From Zygnema circumcarinatum SAG 698-1b (Eukaryota; Plantae; Zygnematophyceae): a stretch of DNA of 64,000 nucleotides. The position numbers and the translations under genes are program-made. Shown here in pieces: positions 32,965-46,083 of the stretch; within the stretch, counting starts at the first letter, position 1; each line of letters starts with the position of its first letter. The stretch is from NCBI GenBank assembly GCA_037447605.1, contig CM074814.1, forward strand, positions 1,488,001-1,552,000. The letters run 5' to 3'. The notes under the pieces were generated by a model. The model saw only the letters and a program-made list of their open reading frames with translations, was not told the origin of the DNA and searched no databases.

Positions 32965-33125
32965 CATTGAACTCAATATGGCGAGGCCATCAAATGTACA
33001 TGGACAAAAGCAAAATGTGGAACCACGAGGGACTGGTCGCAAAGGACCTAAACACAATAAAACGAAGCTAAGAGCGAAAAACTACGCCTAGCCATAACAA
33101 CGCAGCCCTAGAAGCAGCCGCGAAC
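32965..33125 (+). repeat. Dispersed repeat family A, copy 4
   Basis: CATTGAACTCAATATGGCGAGGCCATCAAATGTACATGGACAAAA...GGAACCACGAGGGACTGGTCGCAAAGGACCTAA. Confidence 0.85.
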
Positions 33126-33447
33126 TTGCCAGTCGGTTGAATGTCGGAGGGGCGCCGCTTTTAGCGCAGCCGCTGCCAACGAAAAAACGCCACGTGGCAC
33201 CTCATGAAACATAGCAACGAATGCTAGAGTTGCCCCAGACCCTGACGCGCGGCGTACGGCAGTCTATCACGTCACGTGTCAGCAATCCAGCATCCAAGGT
33301 CTTTAGATTTGGATTCTTCTTAGATTTCGCCAGCCAAATACCGGGACCATACGTGAACCGTCCGCTCGTGCGAAGTTACATCAGCAAAGTTGGATTACAT
33401 CAGCAAATGCGGATGAAGTTGAACCAGGAAACAGGAGAGGGAAAAGG

Positions 33448-33670
33448 GCGTTGATCTCACGATGGCGAGGCCATCAAATATACATGGACAAAATCAACAG
33501 CATGGGGAACCACCAGGAACTGATCGCAAAGGACCTAAGGAGAAAAGAAAGAAGCCAAGAACGGAAAATTACGCCTCGGCGCAACAACGCAGCCCTCCCT
33601 AGAAGCTGCCGCGAAGGTCACCGATGTGCGGCACATCACATCTCGCGGAGGGAGGGAGCGGCGGAAGGCC
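33448..33670 (+). repeat. Dispersed repeat family A, copy 5
   Basis: GCGTTGATCTCACGATGGCGAGGCCATCAAAT...GGAGGGAGGGAGCGGCGGAAGGCC; longest match to copy 1. Confidence 0.88.
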
Positions 33671-33726
33671 ACCGACACTTTTCTTTTTAGGGTCTTTAGG
33701 AGAGATGAGATGAGATGAGAGATGAG

Positions 33727-33830
33727 GCATTGATCTCACGATGGCGAGGCCATCAAATGTACATGGACAAACTGAGCATGGGGAACCACGAGAAACTGGT
33801 TGCAAAGGACATAAGAACAAAAGGAAACCA
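33727..33830 (+). repeat. Dispersed repeat family A, copy 6
   Basis: GCATTGATCTCACGATGGCGAGGCCATCAAATGTACATGGACAAACTGAGCATGGGGAACCACGAG. Confidence 0.85.
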
Positions 33831-34134
33831 AAACACCAACCAAACCATGAAAACACACCCTTACATCCCCCACGCGGCAATCCATCGGTCAAGGCTCTGT
33901 ACAAACAGACGTGGCCTATCCAACGGTGAAAATGTTGAACTCTCACACGCGGAAATCCAACGGTTTGTGGAGGTACACGTGGCTCATCCAACCGTCAACA
34001 TTGCTGCTTGTTCGCACGCGGCAATCCCGCGGCGAGTGCGCTATTCGACCCCCCCTGTACGGCGTCGCAGTGGAAGGCGCCCCACTTCGTACGATAGCCG
34101 GCCGCGCCCTCCAAACTTTTGAAAAGAAAAGGAA

Positions 34135-34144
34135 TTGGCGGGAA
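34135..34144. promoter_or_regulatory. E2F consensus site in the DDX11 promoter/leader
   Basis: TTGGCGGGAA (TTCCCGCCAA on minus), about 80 bp before the ATG of an S-phase helicase gene. Confidence 0.5.
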
Positions 34145-34224
34145 GGGGAGCTGGCGGGGGAGGGAGAGAGGGAGGGGGAGGGAGAGGGAGAGCGAGAGGG
34201 AGAGGGAGCAAGAAGCGCTCCGCC

Positions 34225-37200
34225 ATGGCTTGCTCTCGCGCTCCCTCGCCTCCCCCCGCCTCCGCTTGCACGCGAACAGAGTTTGATGCGTTTCCATACA
34301 AGCCGTACGCCATCCAGGAGCAGTTCATGCAAGCCGTCTACCGCGCCCTTACGCAAGGCGGCGTGGCTATGGTGGAGAGTCCTACTGGTAAGGGATCGCG
34401 CAGATGATTGCTTGCTTCCTATGAATCTTACTCGTTGAAATTTTTACGTTGTATTGGCTCAAGCTATGAAATTACTCAAGGAGACCTGTGAATTTCCTAA
34501 ATAAGAAATTCTTGACACTAAATGGATTTCTATGATTGATTTTTCGATTCATTCCTTAGAGCAAGACGCTGCTTGTTCCAATTGGTTAAGGGAGAATGGG
34601 AAGATTTTGGCAAAACATACTTGTTTTTCACTGCGGACCTCGTAGCGTGGTAGGCAGATATAGACACGAGAAGCGAAGGCTGTACAGCTGACGTTCCTGA
34701 TTCGAATTAGTAGGAAGGCCAGAAAGTGTTCTACATAAACTTCTAACATGCATATCCGGCAAGTCCTCAATGTCTCCGACACAATGGCATTTCCTCCATC
34801 AGGGACAGGAAAGACTCTGAGTCTCATATGCAGTGCTTTGGCATGGCTAGAAGACCAGCACAAGCTTCAGGTGAGCAGTATTGCTTATTTTCTCAGGGAA
34901 CTCCGAAATTCTCACGATAGGTTGTATTTGGATTTTTTTGACGGTTCGTTTTGTGCATATTCTATCTCGGTTTCGATGTTTAAAATGTGTCATCCCTGCA
35001 CCTTCTGGATCCATTTCACTTCGTCTGTCCAGCTCTTCCACCCTTTATTTCTCCATTTTTTCTACTTTATCTCTCTCCTCCCCCCCCCCCCCAGTCTTAA
35101 CTGTCTTGCGGGTGCTTTCGGTGCTTTTACTTATGAAATTAATGTTCCGTAGAATGAAACGAGCTTAACCAGCTATCTTATAACATCAGCGATAAAAATT
35201 CATATGAAGGACTAATTGCTTCGATGACGTAATTTGTCTTCTTATTCGTTTACAATCATCTCTAGAGTTTTCTGAAAAAAAAAAAAAAAAACCCTTTACC
35301 GCTAAGGTACCAGGACGCGACTGTGTTCACCAAATTTGCGAGTGTCTTTTCCCTGTTTCTGTGCTTCATCAGGAAGTTGGCCTTGCGTCAATGCATTCCA
35401 CAGATCAAAATGGTCAGAAGGCGGATGCTAAGGAAGAAGAGCCGGATTGGATGCAAGACTTTGACAAAAACCGTGAGCAAAAGGAGCAAAAAAAGAAAGA
35501 GGAGAGGCGGCGAGTAAGGTTGCAAGCAGTCGAGCAGCGAAGACTGCAGGGAGTACGTGTAAGGGAGGATACTGGGAAGAAGCATAGCAAGGTTTTTACT
35601 TTAGGAAAAGCAAGTAGCAAAGTTAGACAAGGAGTGAAACTTGAGAGCAAGGAGCAGTCTGTGGAGGCTTTTGGAAATGGCATTGACGATGACGAGTTTT
35701 TGGCTGAAGACTGGGACAGCGACGAGGAGGGTTTTCACAAAAGAAAAAAGGTAAGAAGGGTTGAAGTTCAGTGGGTTGTAGGATAGTCCTGATGTTACAT
35801 GTGTTGAACACTTGACATTGTCATTTCTATCTAATCCACTCATGCAGTTCAATGGCTCCACGCATGCAGAAACCTGCTGGACAGCCGAGTAGTGACAATG
35901 AGAGTGATGACAGCAAGACAGAGGAGGAGGAGGAGGAGGAGGAAGAAGAGCCGCTCAAAGTCTTTTTTTGCAGCAGGACGCACTCGCAGGTTATCTTGCT
36001 CCCTTCACAGAGATATCACATGTCCATGTAAGCAAGGACTACAGCTACGAGAATTATGAGTTTCAATAGAAAGATTTGTAACGTTGCTCCAATACGGGAA
36101 GCACATGTTATGAGTCTAGAATGCCATTGTAGCATGATCCAAGTACGAAAGGTGACCGCAGATAATCAAAATTGGACGGCTATCATCTCAATTTCAGAGA
36201 ACTGAAAGAGTGAAATTACCTTGCCTAAAATGTCAACTCCTGAATATAGACGATATCATTGTCAAGCTGATAGTAAGCCTAGGTGGAGGCCCGAGCAAGC
36301 ATAGTTTACTAGTTCGAACCGAATTCTAACCGTTTTAAGTCCGCAAGAGGGTCTGCAAGCGATGCACCTGTAGAGATAGTTGAACCACTAAACGGGCGAT
36401 CAAGAATATTCTTGAAGATTGTACATAAGAAATGATGAACCGTCGCCTGAAAGGATGCAAAGAACTTATTGTACATAGTAAAGACAATGGTGTCGAATGA
36501 GAGTGTGGCTCAATCTACTGCATGCATTGCTCATAGGCAATCATCAACACCAAGCTCGCTGTTTTTCGGAAGGACAATCTCTCATTCTTGTCGCTTTCCT
36601 CGTTCTTCTAAACAGCTGACCCAGTTTATAGGAGAGCTTCAGAAGACGAAGTTTGCATCATCTCTCAGAGCAGTGGCCTTGGGTTCCCGAAAGAACCTCT
36701 GCATCAATGAAGGTACTGTATCTACACCCAGCTTATTTCAACATGATGCTCAGAGATGAACGCAGTAGCTTTTGTTAAAAATTGGGCCTTTTGGAGTTGC
36801 AGAAGTTCGTCACCTCGGCAGTGCATCCCGCATTAACGAGCGCTGCTTGGACCTACAGAAGAACAGAGACACACTCAACAAACGAGTATGTCTCCTGCAG
36901 CACAATCTTCACCTTTTTGCCGTTTGAGAAATGACCTAAGAATTCCTTTATACTCTTGGTGCCAGTGTTCCCTCCTTTAGGGTGTTTACCTGCGGTGGCA
37001 TAATGACAGAAGCGACATTGACAGGCCTTCGAAATTTATATGCAGGAGAAGCGTGGACCCAAAACGAAGCAGCCATCATCTGCAAGCACTTGTCCCTTCA
37101 AGAAGCAAATTGGCCGCTTTCGCGACGAGCTGGCCATATCAGCACCCCTCGACATTGAAGACCTTGTGGAAGTTGGCAAAAGGCAGGGCTCTATGCCCTA

Positions 37201-40200
37201 ACTTCGAGGAAGCAACAGTGGACACTCCAATAACAACGCAACTTTTATTTCAGCACAAGCCTAACATCATGAGCCACATGAAACTGCTTGTCTTGGTTTT
37301 GAAGGCTGACGCAGTTCCAATGTGGCGTCCTTATCGACGAAAGTTCAGGGAATATCTCCTGTTCCTTAGAACTGAACAAGTAGAATTGTTGTCTATGGCA
37401 TGTTATTGTGGTTGCAGGCTTTCTGTTTGTCCGTATTATGGGAGTCGGTCAGCTTTGGCGCAGGCAGATGTAGTTGTGCTGCCTTATCAATCTCTCCTCA
37501 ACAGCTCCACCCGTGACTCCTTGAAAGTGCGACTTCGTGGATGTGTGGTCATATTGGATGAGGCACACAACCTGATCGATACTGTGAATGCCATCCACAG
37601 TTGTCAGCTGTCAGCAGTGCAGGTATGCTGAAGGGAGAGCCCGTTGAGGAATGGAAAAATGCAGAACTAAAATAAGACTGGGAAACCGCGAACATGTTGT
37701 ATGAGACCAGAAAAATGTGCTCAAGATAAGATCTGGAAATGTCCTCTTGATTGCTATCTGCGTCTGTTCTCCAGCAAAGAATGTTAGTCTCCTGCCAGGA
37801 GAAGTCAGCACTCTTATTGACAAGGTTGATTTTAAAACTGCAGGTGGCAACAGTTCATTCGCAGCTGCAGGAGTATCTGGCCAAGTTTCGCACTCGGCTT
37901 GCCCCATCTAACCGGCGGTGCATTCAGCAGCTGCTTCTTATTGTTGAAGCTTTCGCCGAATTCCTAGGTCGCCCGTCTCAAGGTAACCTTGAAATATGCC
38001 GACTCGTTCAGCTAAAACAAAGAATCTGCCAAGAATGCTCGCTCGACACTATTTTTTTTCTTTTTAATTGGGATTGCAGTTATGATGGATATGAACACTC
38101 TATCCGGCATGAACATTCTGCTGGAGTAGTTCATTTGCAGAGGCTATGCGCATGAGCGAGTTCGAGTTCAGGTGCGGAATTGACAACCAAAACTTGGTAC
38201 GACTGTCCGCATTTCTGCAGACGACAGATGTTGTTCACAAGGTGAGAGTGGCAGGAGAGCCGTCTATCACAGGGTACAAAAACAAACTAAATACTTGGGC
38301 CAAAACATGAAACGTCCATTTTCCTCACGAACGGTCTTTGAATTCAGCGACCTTGCAGTCGGCTTAAGGGGTATTCGCAAACCTGTACTGTAGCCATGGC
38401 TATGTCAGAAGCCGCTGCTGTCAAATTTACCTTTCAGTTTCAAGAAAAAAAAAACGAAAAAAGAAGACCCCATGTTGGTAATATGTATGCATGAGAAGAG
38501 ACATGATGAGCACACCACTCTCTATGAAACAACGGAAGGTTCAATAATAGGTTCAATAATGATGGCAGATCAGCGGCTACGGCGAGAAGCAGCATATGCG
38601 AGAGCTGGCAGCGAGAGAGAGAGGGCCCTCTCTTGACCAGGCTACAAGCAGAAGTGCGGGAGTGACTGCACTGCGAGCCCTTGCAGACTTCATAGCGGCT
38701 CTCACCAGTGCCGATGCAGATGGGCGGATCATTATGGGAGACAATGGACGAGCCAATGCGGATGGTTCTGAAAATGCAGGCGCAGCAAGTGGGCTTTACT
38801 TGAAGTTCATCATGCTGAATGCTGCAAGACACTTTGCGGAGGTATGAAAAGTGGGAAAAGAACACCTGCGCATCACCTGACAAATGCCTAAACGTTTGCC
38901 TTCCTTCCTTTCGTCGGTTTACTTTTGTTCCTCTGTTCGACTAAGTTGATCTGGAGACTGAATGCAGGTTGTTCAGGAAGCCCGAGCTGTTGTACTGGCT
39001 GGTGGCACTCTGCAACCTATGGCCGCCCTGAGAGAGGCTCTCTTCCCGCACCTCCCTCCCAACCAACTGCACGTGTTCTCCTGTGGCCATATTGTGCCTA
39101 AAGAGAGTGTGCTGCCAATTGCGTTAGCCAGGGGACCCTCTGGAAGGCTTTTTGACTTCAGCTTTCAGTCGCGGAGCACCCAAGAGATGGTAGGGCATTA
39201 CAAGCATCAGTTGCCACTTTTGGCTTTCTTGGAACCCTTGTTGATGCCGCTGTAGACCTAAAAATTGGAACTCCTCTACAATGACTTGCTTCTGCAGGTG
39301 CAAGAGCTCGGCCGGCTGCTTATCAACCTTTGTTCGGTTGTTCCCGAGGGCGTTGTATGCTTCTTTCCCTCGTTTGCTTACCTCACAGAAGTTTGGGAGA
39401 CATGGGAAAATGTCGGGATTCTTCGCACGATTAAACAGAAAAAGGTGGTGTATCGGGAACCTCGCAGCACAGCAGGAGTGGAAGAGGTTTTGCGGCAATA
39501 TCGTGAGAGCACAGAAGAAGATGGGAATGAGATAGTGGAAGCACACTGCACCGTCGATGCAAGATGCTCAGAGGGGTTAAGGGCCGATGGAGGTGCTGGG
39601 GGTGGTGACTGTGAAGCAAATCGCAACTTGCATGATCACTATGAGAGAGTTTCTGGATTGCCAAAAATGTCTGACAGAATTGAAGGAGTGGGAAAGGGAG
39701 AGCAGGGAAGTTCTGCAGGTTTTGGAACCTTTGGGGTAGGTGACTTTATGGGCAGAAAGCCAAAGAAGAAAGGCGGTGCTTTGCTGCTGTGTGTAGTGGG
39801 AGGAAAAATGTCGGAAGGTATTAATTTCAGCGACGGCATGGGAAGATGCGTTATTGTGGTCGGTATGCCCTACCCTAATCCTTCAGATCCTGAACTTGTT
39901 GAAAGGATGAAGTACTTGGATGGATTGGCAGTCCAAGGAAGTAGCGAGGCTGATGGGAAAGTAGATCATTTCTTGGTAGAGGGGAGGAGTAAAGGAGGAA
40001 GCGAAAGGCTACCCAAGAAGCACTCTGGCAAAGCAGACTGTCAGAGGGCTGATGAAGAGGCACAGGACCTTCTTCTGAGGCCATGTGGCAACCGGGGAAG
40101 AGACTACTACGAGAACCTTTGCTGGAAGGCAGTGAATCAGTCCATCGGTAGGTCCAAATCCGACAGGAAGAAGTTTGAAGTTCAGCCGATATGCAGCAAA

Positions 40201-40554
40201 GGAAATAAAAGGATCAGTTCTAGCACGTTATGTGAGGCTAACGCTCATGCAGCTCTCTCTTTTTTTCTTCTATTTGCAGGCCGAGCTATCCGCCACATTA
40301 ATGACTATGCGGCGATCTTATTGGTCGATTCTCGATATTCTGCTGCCAGGAATGCTTACGCAGGGCCCCAAAGGGCCGCCTTGAAGCTTCCAGAATGGAT
40401 CCGGGAGAGTCTGGTTGTGCCGAGTGGCGGCTTTGGCGAAGTTCAGCGCATGCTGCTGCACTTCTTCAAAAGGAACGAGGCCCGAATGGTGAATGCGAGG
40501 AACAGGGGATCTGGCGGAGCAGAGGGGACCTGTGATAGCAATGTGGGGATGTAG
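34225..40554 (+). CDS. DDX11: ATP-dependent Fe-S DNA helicase DDX11/ChlR1 (XPD family)
   Basis: 14 exons: 34225-34387, 34803-34870, 35373-35750, 35870-35989, 36616-36712, 36803-36885, 37046-37182, 37418-37622, 37844-37982, 38141-38241, 38569-38841, 38968-39189, 39298-40147, 40280-40554. Motifs FPYKPYAIQ, ESPTGTGKT, SRTHSQL, GSRKNLCIN, CPYYGSR, DEAHNL, GGTLQP, FFPSF, QSIGRAIRH. Confidence 0.95.
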
Positions 40555-41543
40555 AATCAGTGAGAGCTCATTCCAACACATTGTAGTGGGCGCATCCGTT
40601 GAACCGCCTGCATACTTCCGAGGGTGGGAAAATCGCCATGGTGTTACAACCTAGTGTTGGAATCATCACTTCACAGTTCCGGTGCGTTCTCTCCCCTCTT
40701 CTCTACTCTTCCTTTCAGCTGTGTGGCGATCACACGTCCATTCATTCGAAGGTGGGTTCAGACTTAGAGCTTTCACACTTTGGAGTTCAAAATCAGTACG
40801 CGCTTTTTTGTGAATTGAGTGGTAACATGAAGAGGCATTTCATTTCGGTTGTTCTTCAGGTCTGAAACCCTCTACTTTGTACAACGCTGCAACATCTGCT
40901 TTATGCCCTTTTTTTTTTCTGCCCCTTTGCTCTTCCCCTCCTTTTTTAGATCTTTTCCGCCAGCAGAGGTAAGGCAGTGGGAGGCGGATTGTGCACATCC
41001 GAATTTCAGCGGAAAGAGAAAAGTCTCAAATATGAAAAACACATAATCGAGCATTGGGTTAAACTGTGAGCGCTGGAGTAAACTGTATTTCTTCCATATT
41101 GGAAGCTTCTTGTAAGTGATAACATCTCAAAATATCAGAAGACGTCATCTAATGAAAAAAGAAAATGGAACGTATGTTTGATTCGTCTATTCTGGAATTG
41201 TGGGGGGTTGCACGGGTTATATTCACATATTGTCTTTATTTTCCACTTTCAAATGAGTGAACTCGTCATGAGAGAAAATAGTCTCCTCTCGGGTTTTTCG
41301 TCCTGCAGCGGATAACTGCAATATAACACAAGAGTAAGGAGACGAGAGCCCCTCTAGAAGAAACTCAAAGCCCTCCATATCCTAAACATTATTCACGAGC
41401 TTTTTTGCCACCCGCCGTAAAAAAGATTAAGGCTCCTTCTAGACCACTTGCGCTACCCGTGGCGGAGATACTTAGATTTGGAATGAAAGAAGAAAATCCC
41501 AGTATGAACAGGCGAGATAAACTACCCCTTCTTATTCCACGCC

Positions 41544-42451
41544 TCACTTGCGAGTGCTCGTTGTTGTAATGCGAAGGAAGTAGAAGAAAGCGAGGCGGAA
41601 GGAGAGAGTGAAGAGGAGCATGATGCCCGTGTTGAACAGCGGCTTGATTTTGCCTAAATCGAGGGCTTGCAGCACGCCGCGCCCGTCTTCTACACAGGAG
41701 GGAGGGAGGGGGGACGGAGAGAGGGCCGTCATGTTGCCTGAAACGGCAGGACTCAGAGCCGGGCCATAGGCGAAACACGTGTCCTTCAGCGGTGTGAATT
41801 CGATCCATAGGAGGTTCTCCAACGGGTACTTGTATATGTTGAAGTAGTGCATCCATATCCAAGGTGCTGGAATATCGGTTCTGCACACACACGAGAGAGA
41901 GAGTAAGAGAGAGAGGGAGAGAGGCGCTTCAGGAGGTCACTAGAGGTCTACATTGACAAAATACATGCATCTCATGAGAGCAGTGTCTTGCAAATGATTA
42001 GAAGAATGAGCTCCCATGCCACAATTTCGGAAGGAGAGGGAGACGAGAGACCGCACCGAACGAGGAAGAAACCGCAGAAGAGGAACCACAGGCAGTAGAG
42101 GCCCGCCACAATGCCGTTGGCTGCATAGAAGTTTGGAGCCACGGAGGTGCTAAAAAGCACGAACGAGTTGGCAGTGACAAGGGTGAGGAAGCACGTTAAG
42201 GCGTGGAAGAGGAAGGCCTGCCCTGTACGCACGAGGTGGGCCAGCCAGTAGGTGCAGAGGGAGAGGATCACGGCCAGCAGGAGGAACAGAGGGAGAGGGA
42301 CCACGAAGTTGGCCACCACGTATGTCCAGGTTCGGTACGCGCCTCGAGATGTTTCCCGGACAAACACCTCTCGGTGCTGCGGCAGGGGTAAGAGCAGGGA
42401 GTGAGGAAAAACGGAATGCAGGGAAGGTAAAGACCCGTCCACTTGGTCCTT

Positions 42452-42517
<66 letters not shown>

Positions 42518-45500
42518 CGAGACAAGGGCGTTTTAGGTACCTGCAAGAAGACTGGCAGAGCGTCCATGGAGTTGTAGCAGAGCAGCGATACAAGGAAGGC
42601 GAGGAGGGCTGTGCGCTCCCTCGCTCCGTCCAGTGTGTAGGGCAGGTTGTAGAAAGCTGAGCCCGCGGTAGTGCCAATTACAATCTGCATGAATTGGATC
42701 AAGAACAAGCATAACGACCGTTTAAGACATACCAAAAGCCCGCCGTCCTCGTCTTCACCAACTGCCATGGGCGGAGAGACAGAGAGAGAAAGAGAGAGAG
42801 AGAGAGAGACTGAATATGCCGCAAAACTGTGGCTCTACCATGACAATGACGCGGGACATGGTGAGGGAGCGCGTGCGCCGTGTGTTGATTGCATCGCGCT
42901 CACAGAGAGTGAGAATCTCCTCCCAGGCGCTGCTCGCATACTCGGGGGCCTCCCGCAGCTTTTGGTCCATGCTGGGGCCCCCTCCCGCCGTGCTGCTCCC
43001 CTCTCCTCTCCCATCCGCCAACGTGGTGCGCCCAACTTGCAACAAACGTCCCCCCTGCACGCCCTCACCTTCACCATATGAATGAGCACCATATGAATGA
43101 GAGGTGGACGAGGCTGACACCACCTGAAGGGGAAGCATCGACAACAAACGAAAGTGTATTTGCTGACGAATAGGGCATGCATTGAAGTGAGAGAAGGAGG
43201 GGAATTAAGGAGAGGGAAGGATCACCTGCGAAGCCACGAGCCCGTTGAGGCCGTCAGGGCTGTCCTGCTGCAGCTCAATTAGGTCAAGAACATACTCAAG
43301 AGGGTTCACCTGCTCCCCTCCAACAGATCCCAAACATGAATACTGTAGCTCGGCATCACCCATGCAAGCATCCGCCTTCATCGTACAACCCTCTACTTTG
43401 CCTCCAGTATTGTCGCAACAGACCTCTCCCGTGATAGGGAGATGCTCAGTGAGAAGAGCACAAGCACGAGGGGATGAGCAAGGAGTGGGCATGCAAGGTG
43501 AAGATTACATACATATTCAGGTACAGTTTGACCGATGCTGTCAAAGAAAGTGTAAAGCTCGCGAGGACGACCATGGAAGATGCGGCGACCGTGGGCGAGC
43601 ACAAGCAGGGAGTCAAGAAGGTCAACGATGCGGAAACTTGGCTGGTGGATGGAGAGGATCACTGTGCGCTGCCTCTGCAGGAAAGAACAACAGACGGGGT
43701 TCGATTCTAGCTGATATCTTCCGCATTTCTCGTGTTCCTTATTGTCTTCCGTCTATTTGCAGGGAAAAAACGGATACGATAACACAAATAGCTGCCGGCA
43801 AGAAAAAACTAACAGACTTTATAATGTTATGAGGATATTTTCCGAAATTGTTTGATCAATGTTGAAAGGCTGCTCACCTCGCTAGCAAGGCTGTGAAGAA
43901 CCTCCACTACATTCAATGCAGATGTACTGTCCAGACCTGTCAACAGTCATGTCACACCTTCAACTTAAAACTTTGTCCGTTTCATGACAGAGCAGAAATA
44001 AAAACGCACGATTCAAAATGGTAGCGTCTCTGATGTCCTAACGTTACCATCAAGTGGTCTCTCCTGCCGTCTCCCCCGTCACTACCTTCCGAAGTCAGTT
44101 TAAACTCTACCTGAAGTTGGCTCGTCCAGAAAGAGTACTGCAGGATCATGGATGAGATCAACCCCTATGGAGCACCGACGTTTCTCCCCACCGGAGACTC
44201 CTCTCACCTGCATGGATTGCAGGAAGTGAGCTGCCCAACTCACACCTATGACGATTAGAGGTCCTTGACTGCCAAACTGTATGAAGCGAGTAAGACTCAA
44301 ACAACCCATGAAGACAGAACTGGGTGCGCAGGACATCTGTCTCACTCAGGAATGCTAAGCTTCTGCATCTTTGCAGAGCATGAATGGTAGCCAAGCAGCT
44401 GAGTTTCGTTCAGGCCCCACACTCCCTAGCCCACTCACATCCTCATCTCCAACAGCGGTATCGGCACATTTGCCCAGTCCAAGCACCGCCAGAAGGTCAT
44501 CTACTCGTGCTTTCTTCTGCGCCATGGTCATGCTGCTGGGCAAGCGCAGGCGAGCACTGAACATGAGGGTCTCGCGGACAGTAAGCGTAGGGAAGAGAGC
44601 ATCATCCTGCAGAGAAGAGCAGCAGAGAGTGGATGTGATAGTCAGATGTGTAATATAGCATTCACAAGTCGCCTCTGAGCCCTGTGCAAGTCTCCGAGCC
44701 TGTTGGTTGATTTGCTTGTTTATTGCCACACTTTTCTTTCAATAATTGCTCCTGAAGGAGACAAATATCGGAACCTTTGAAAATGAGGACGCAAGTGTAT
44801 AACCATGTGTAAAAACAAGAAGTTCAAGCATCCTTCATTTTCCGTTATCTTTCTTATACAGGACTTCCCTTGTGCCACCAAGCACATTGATAGCTGCTTA
44901 AGGGATGAAGGCACCACGAAGCCATGAGGTTGATACACGACCAAAACAAAAGAAGATGCTCCTGCTGGGCTTCACCTGCATGACATAGCAGGACATCCTT
45001 CGAAATCCTTTCGCCATTGGGACCCCATTGACAAGAATGGTGCCCCTAAGGCTGCTTGGCTCAATACGCCCTGCAATGGCATCTAGAAAAGTAGACTTTC
45101 CCGAACCACTGGGCCCCACCACCGCAAGGACTTCTCCTGGACGAGCGCAGGCACTAATGGAACTCAGGAGCTCCTTCACAACTGTGCCTTCCTTGGTCTT
45201 CTTCACCACCTGTCCTCCATTTCCTCACAATACATTAGATTTTTAATGCAGAATGCAGGATGTTTTCGGGCCTGAACTTGTTGAATTTCATGTGCATACA
45301 TGGATACAAGGTCAACACGCACTTCAAGTTATGGGTGAAGTTAAGTCCATAAATCCAGCTCCCTTACCAAAGAAGCGCAGAGAGCATCTAAAACAAACTG
45401 CATATAAGTGTCGTCAAGTGTTAATTTTTTGACAGCGGAAGGTTCTCCACTGCCGGGGACAACTGGAATGCCCGTTTTCCGCACTGGCTTTCAGACAGAT

Positions 45501-46083
45501 TGCAGGAAATAAAACGCGAAAGTCTGGTAGATACACAACAGTAGGCTTCCAACTGACCTTATAAGTGAGGTCGTGCACAGCGAGCTCATATCTGCGCTGC
45601 CAAACAGGCGTCTGCGCCTGGTTGAGTGCAGTCCAGGACGAATTTACTTCCGCATCCTTCTTGCTATCCTGCCTCTGTGATTCGGCATGTGAAGACTTCC
45701 CCACCATCGCACGAACAACAGCACCAGTCTTTCTTATAGTCACAGGCCCGTGACCACCGTCAGCACACGACGCACACTCATGTATCTGTGGCTCATCTAC
45801 AGAAGGCCTTTTACCACTCATACGGTCGAACCTACTCAGAACCTCACTCTGCTTCAAAGAGAGATCAAACACTCCAGTACACGCCTGGAAACAGAGGGAA
45901 TGCTTTACTCCATGGAATCAACCAGCCAAAGAAGGTTGCCCTGTGAAACCTGCTCCTATTTTCCCCTTCCATGCTAGCTCTGCTCGTCCTCAGTTGCTCA
46001 TCTGAAAGCTGTCCAAAAGAGGACATGCTGTCATCTAGCGGCAGACACAAGCGTGGCAGCGAGACAGGGCTGCAATGCGCCAT
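41544..46083 (-). CDS. ABCG: ABCG half-size transporter (WBC type, NBD-TMD), ~765 aa
   Basis: 12 exons: 46083-45950, 45831-45558, 45209-44976, 44606-44439, 44207-44111, 43936-43878, 43674-43513, 43309-43226, 43123-42839, 42684-42541, 42376-42057, 41880-41544. Walker [10 protein letters not shown], signature VSGGE, Walker [13 protein letters not shown]-loop SIHQP, C-terminal TM helices. Confidence 0.95.
42454..42515. repeat. (GA)n microsatellite, about 30 units, in an ABCG intron
   Basis: Directly visible. Confidence 0.95.

Noticed and set aside
31566-33071. Long ORFs of (MP)n, (HA)n, (CP)n, (GM)n, (GH)n, (WA)n dipeptides
   Set aside because: Artefacts of a stop-free hexamer microsatellite that is open in all six frames; no splice or codon evidence.
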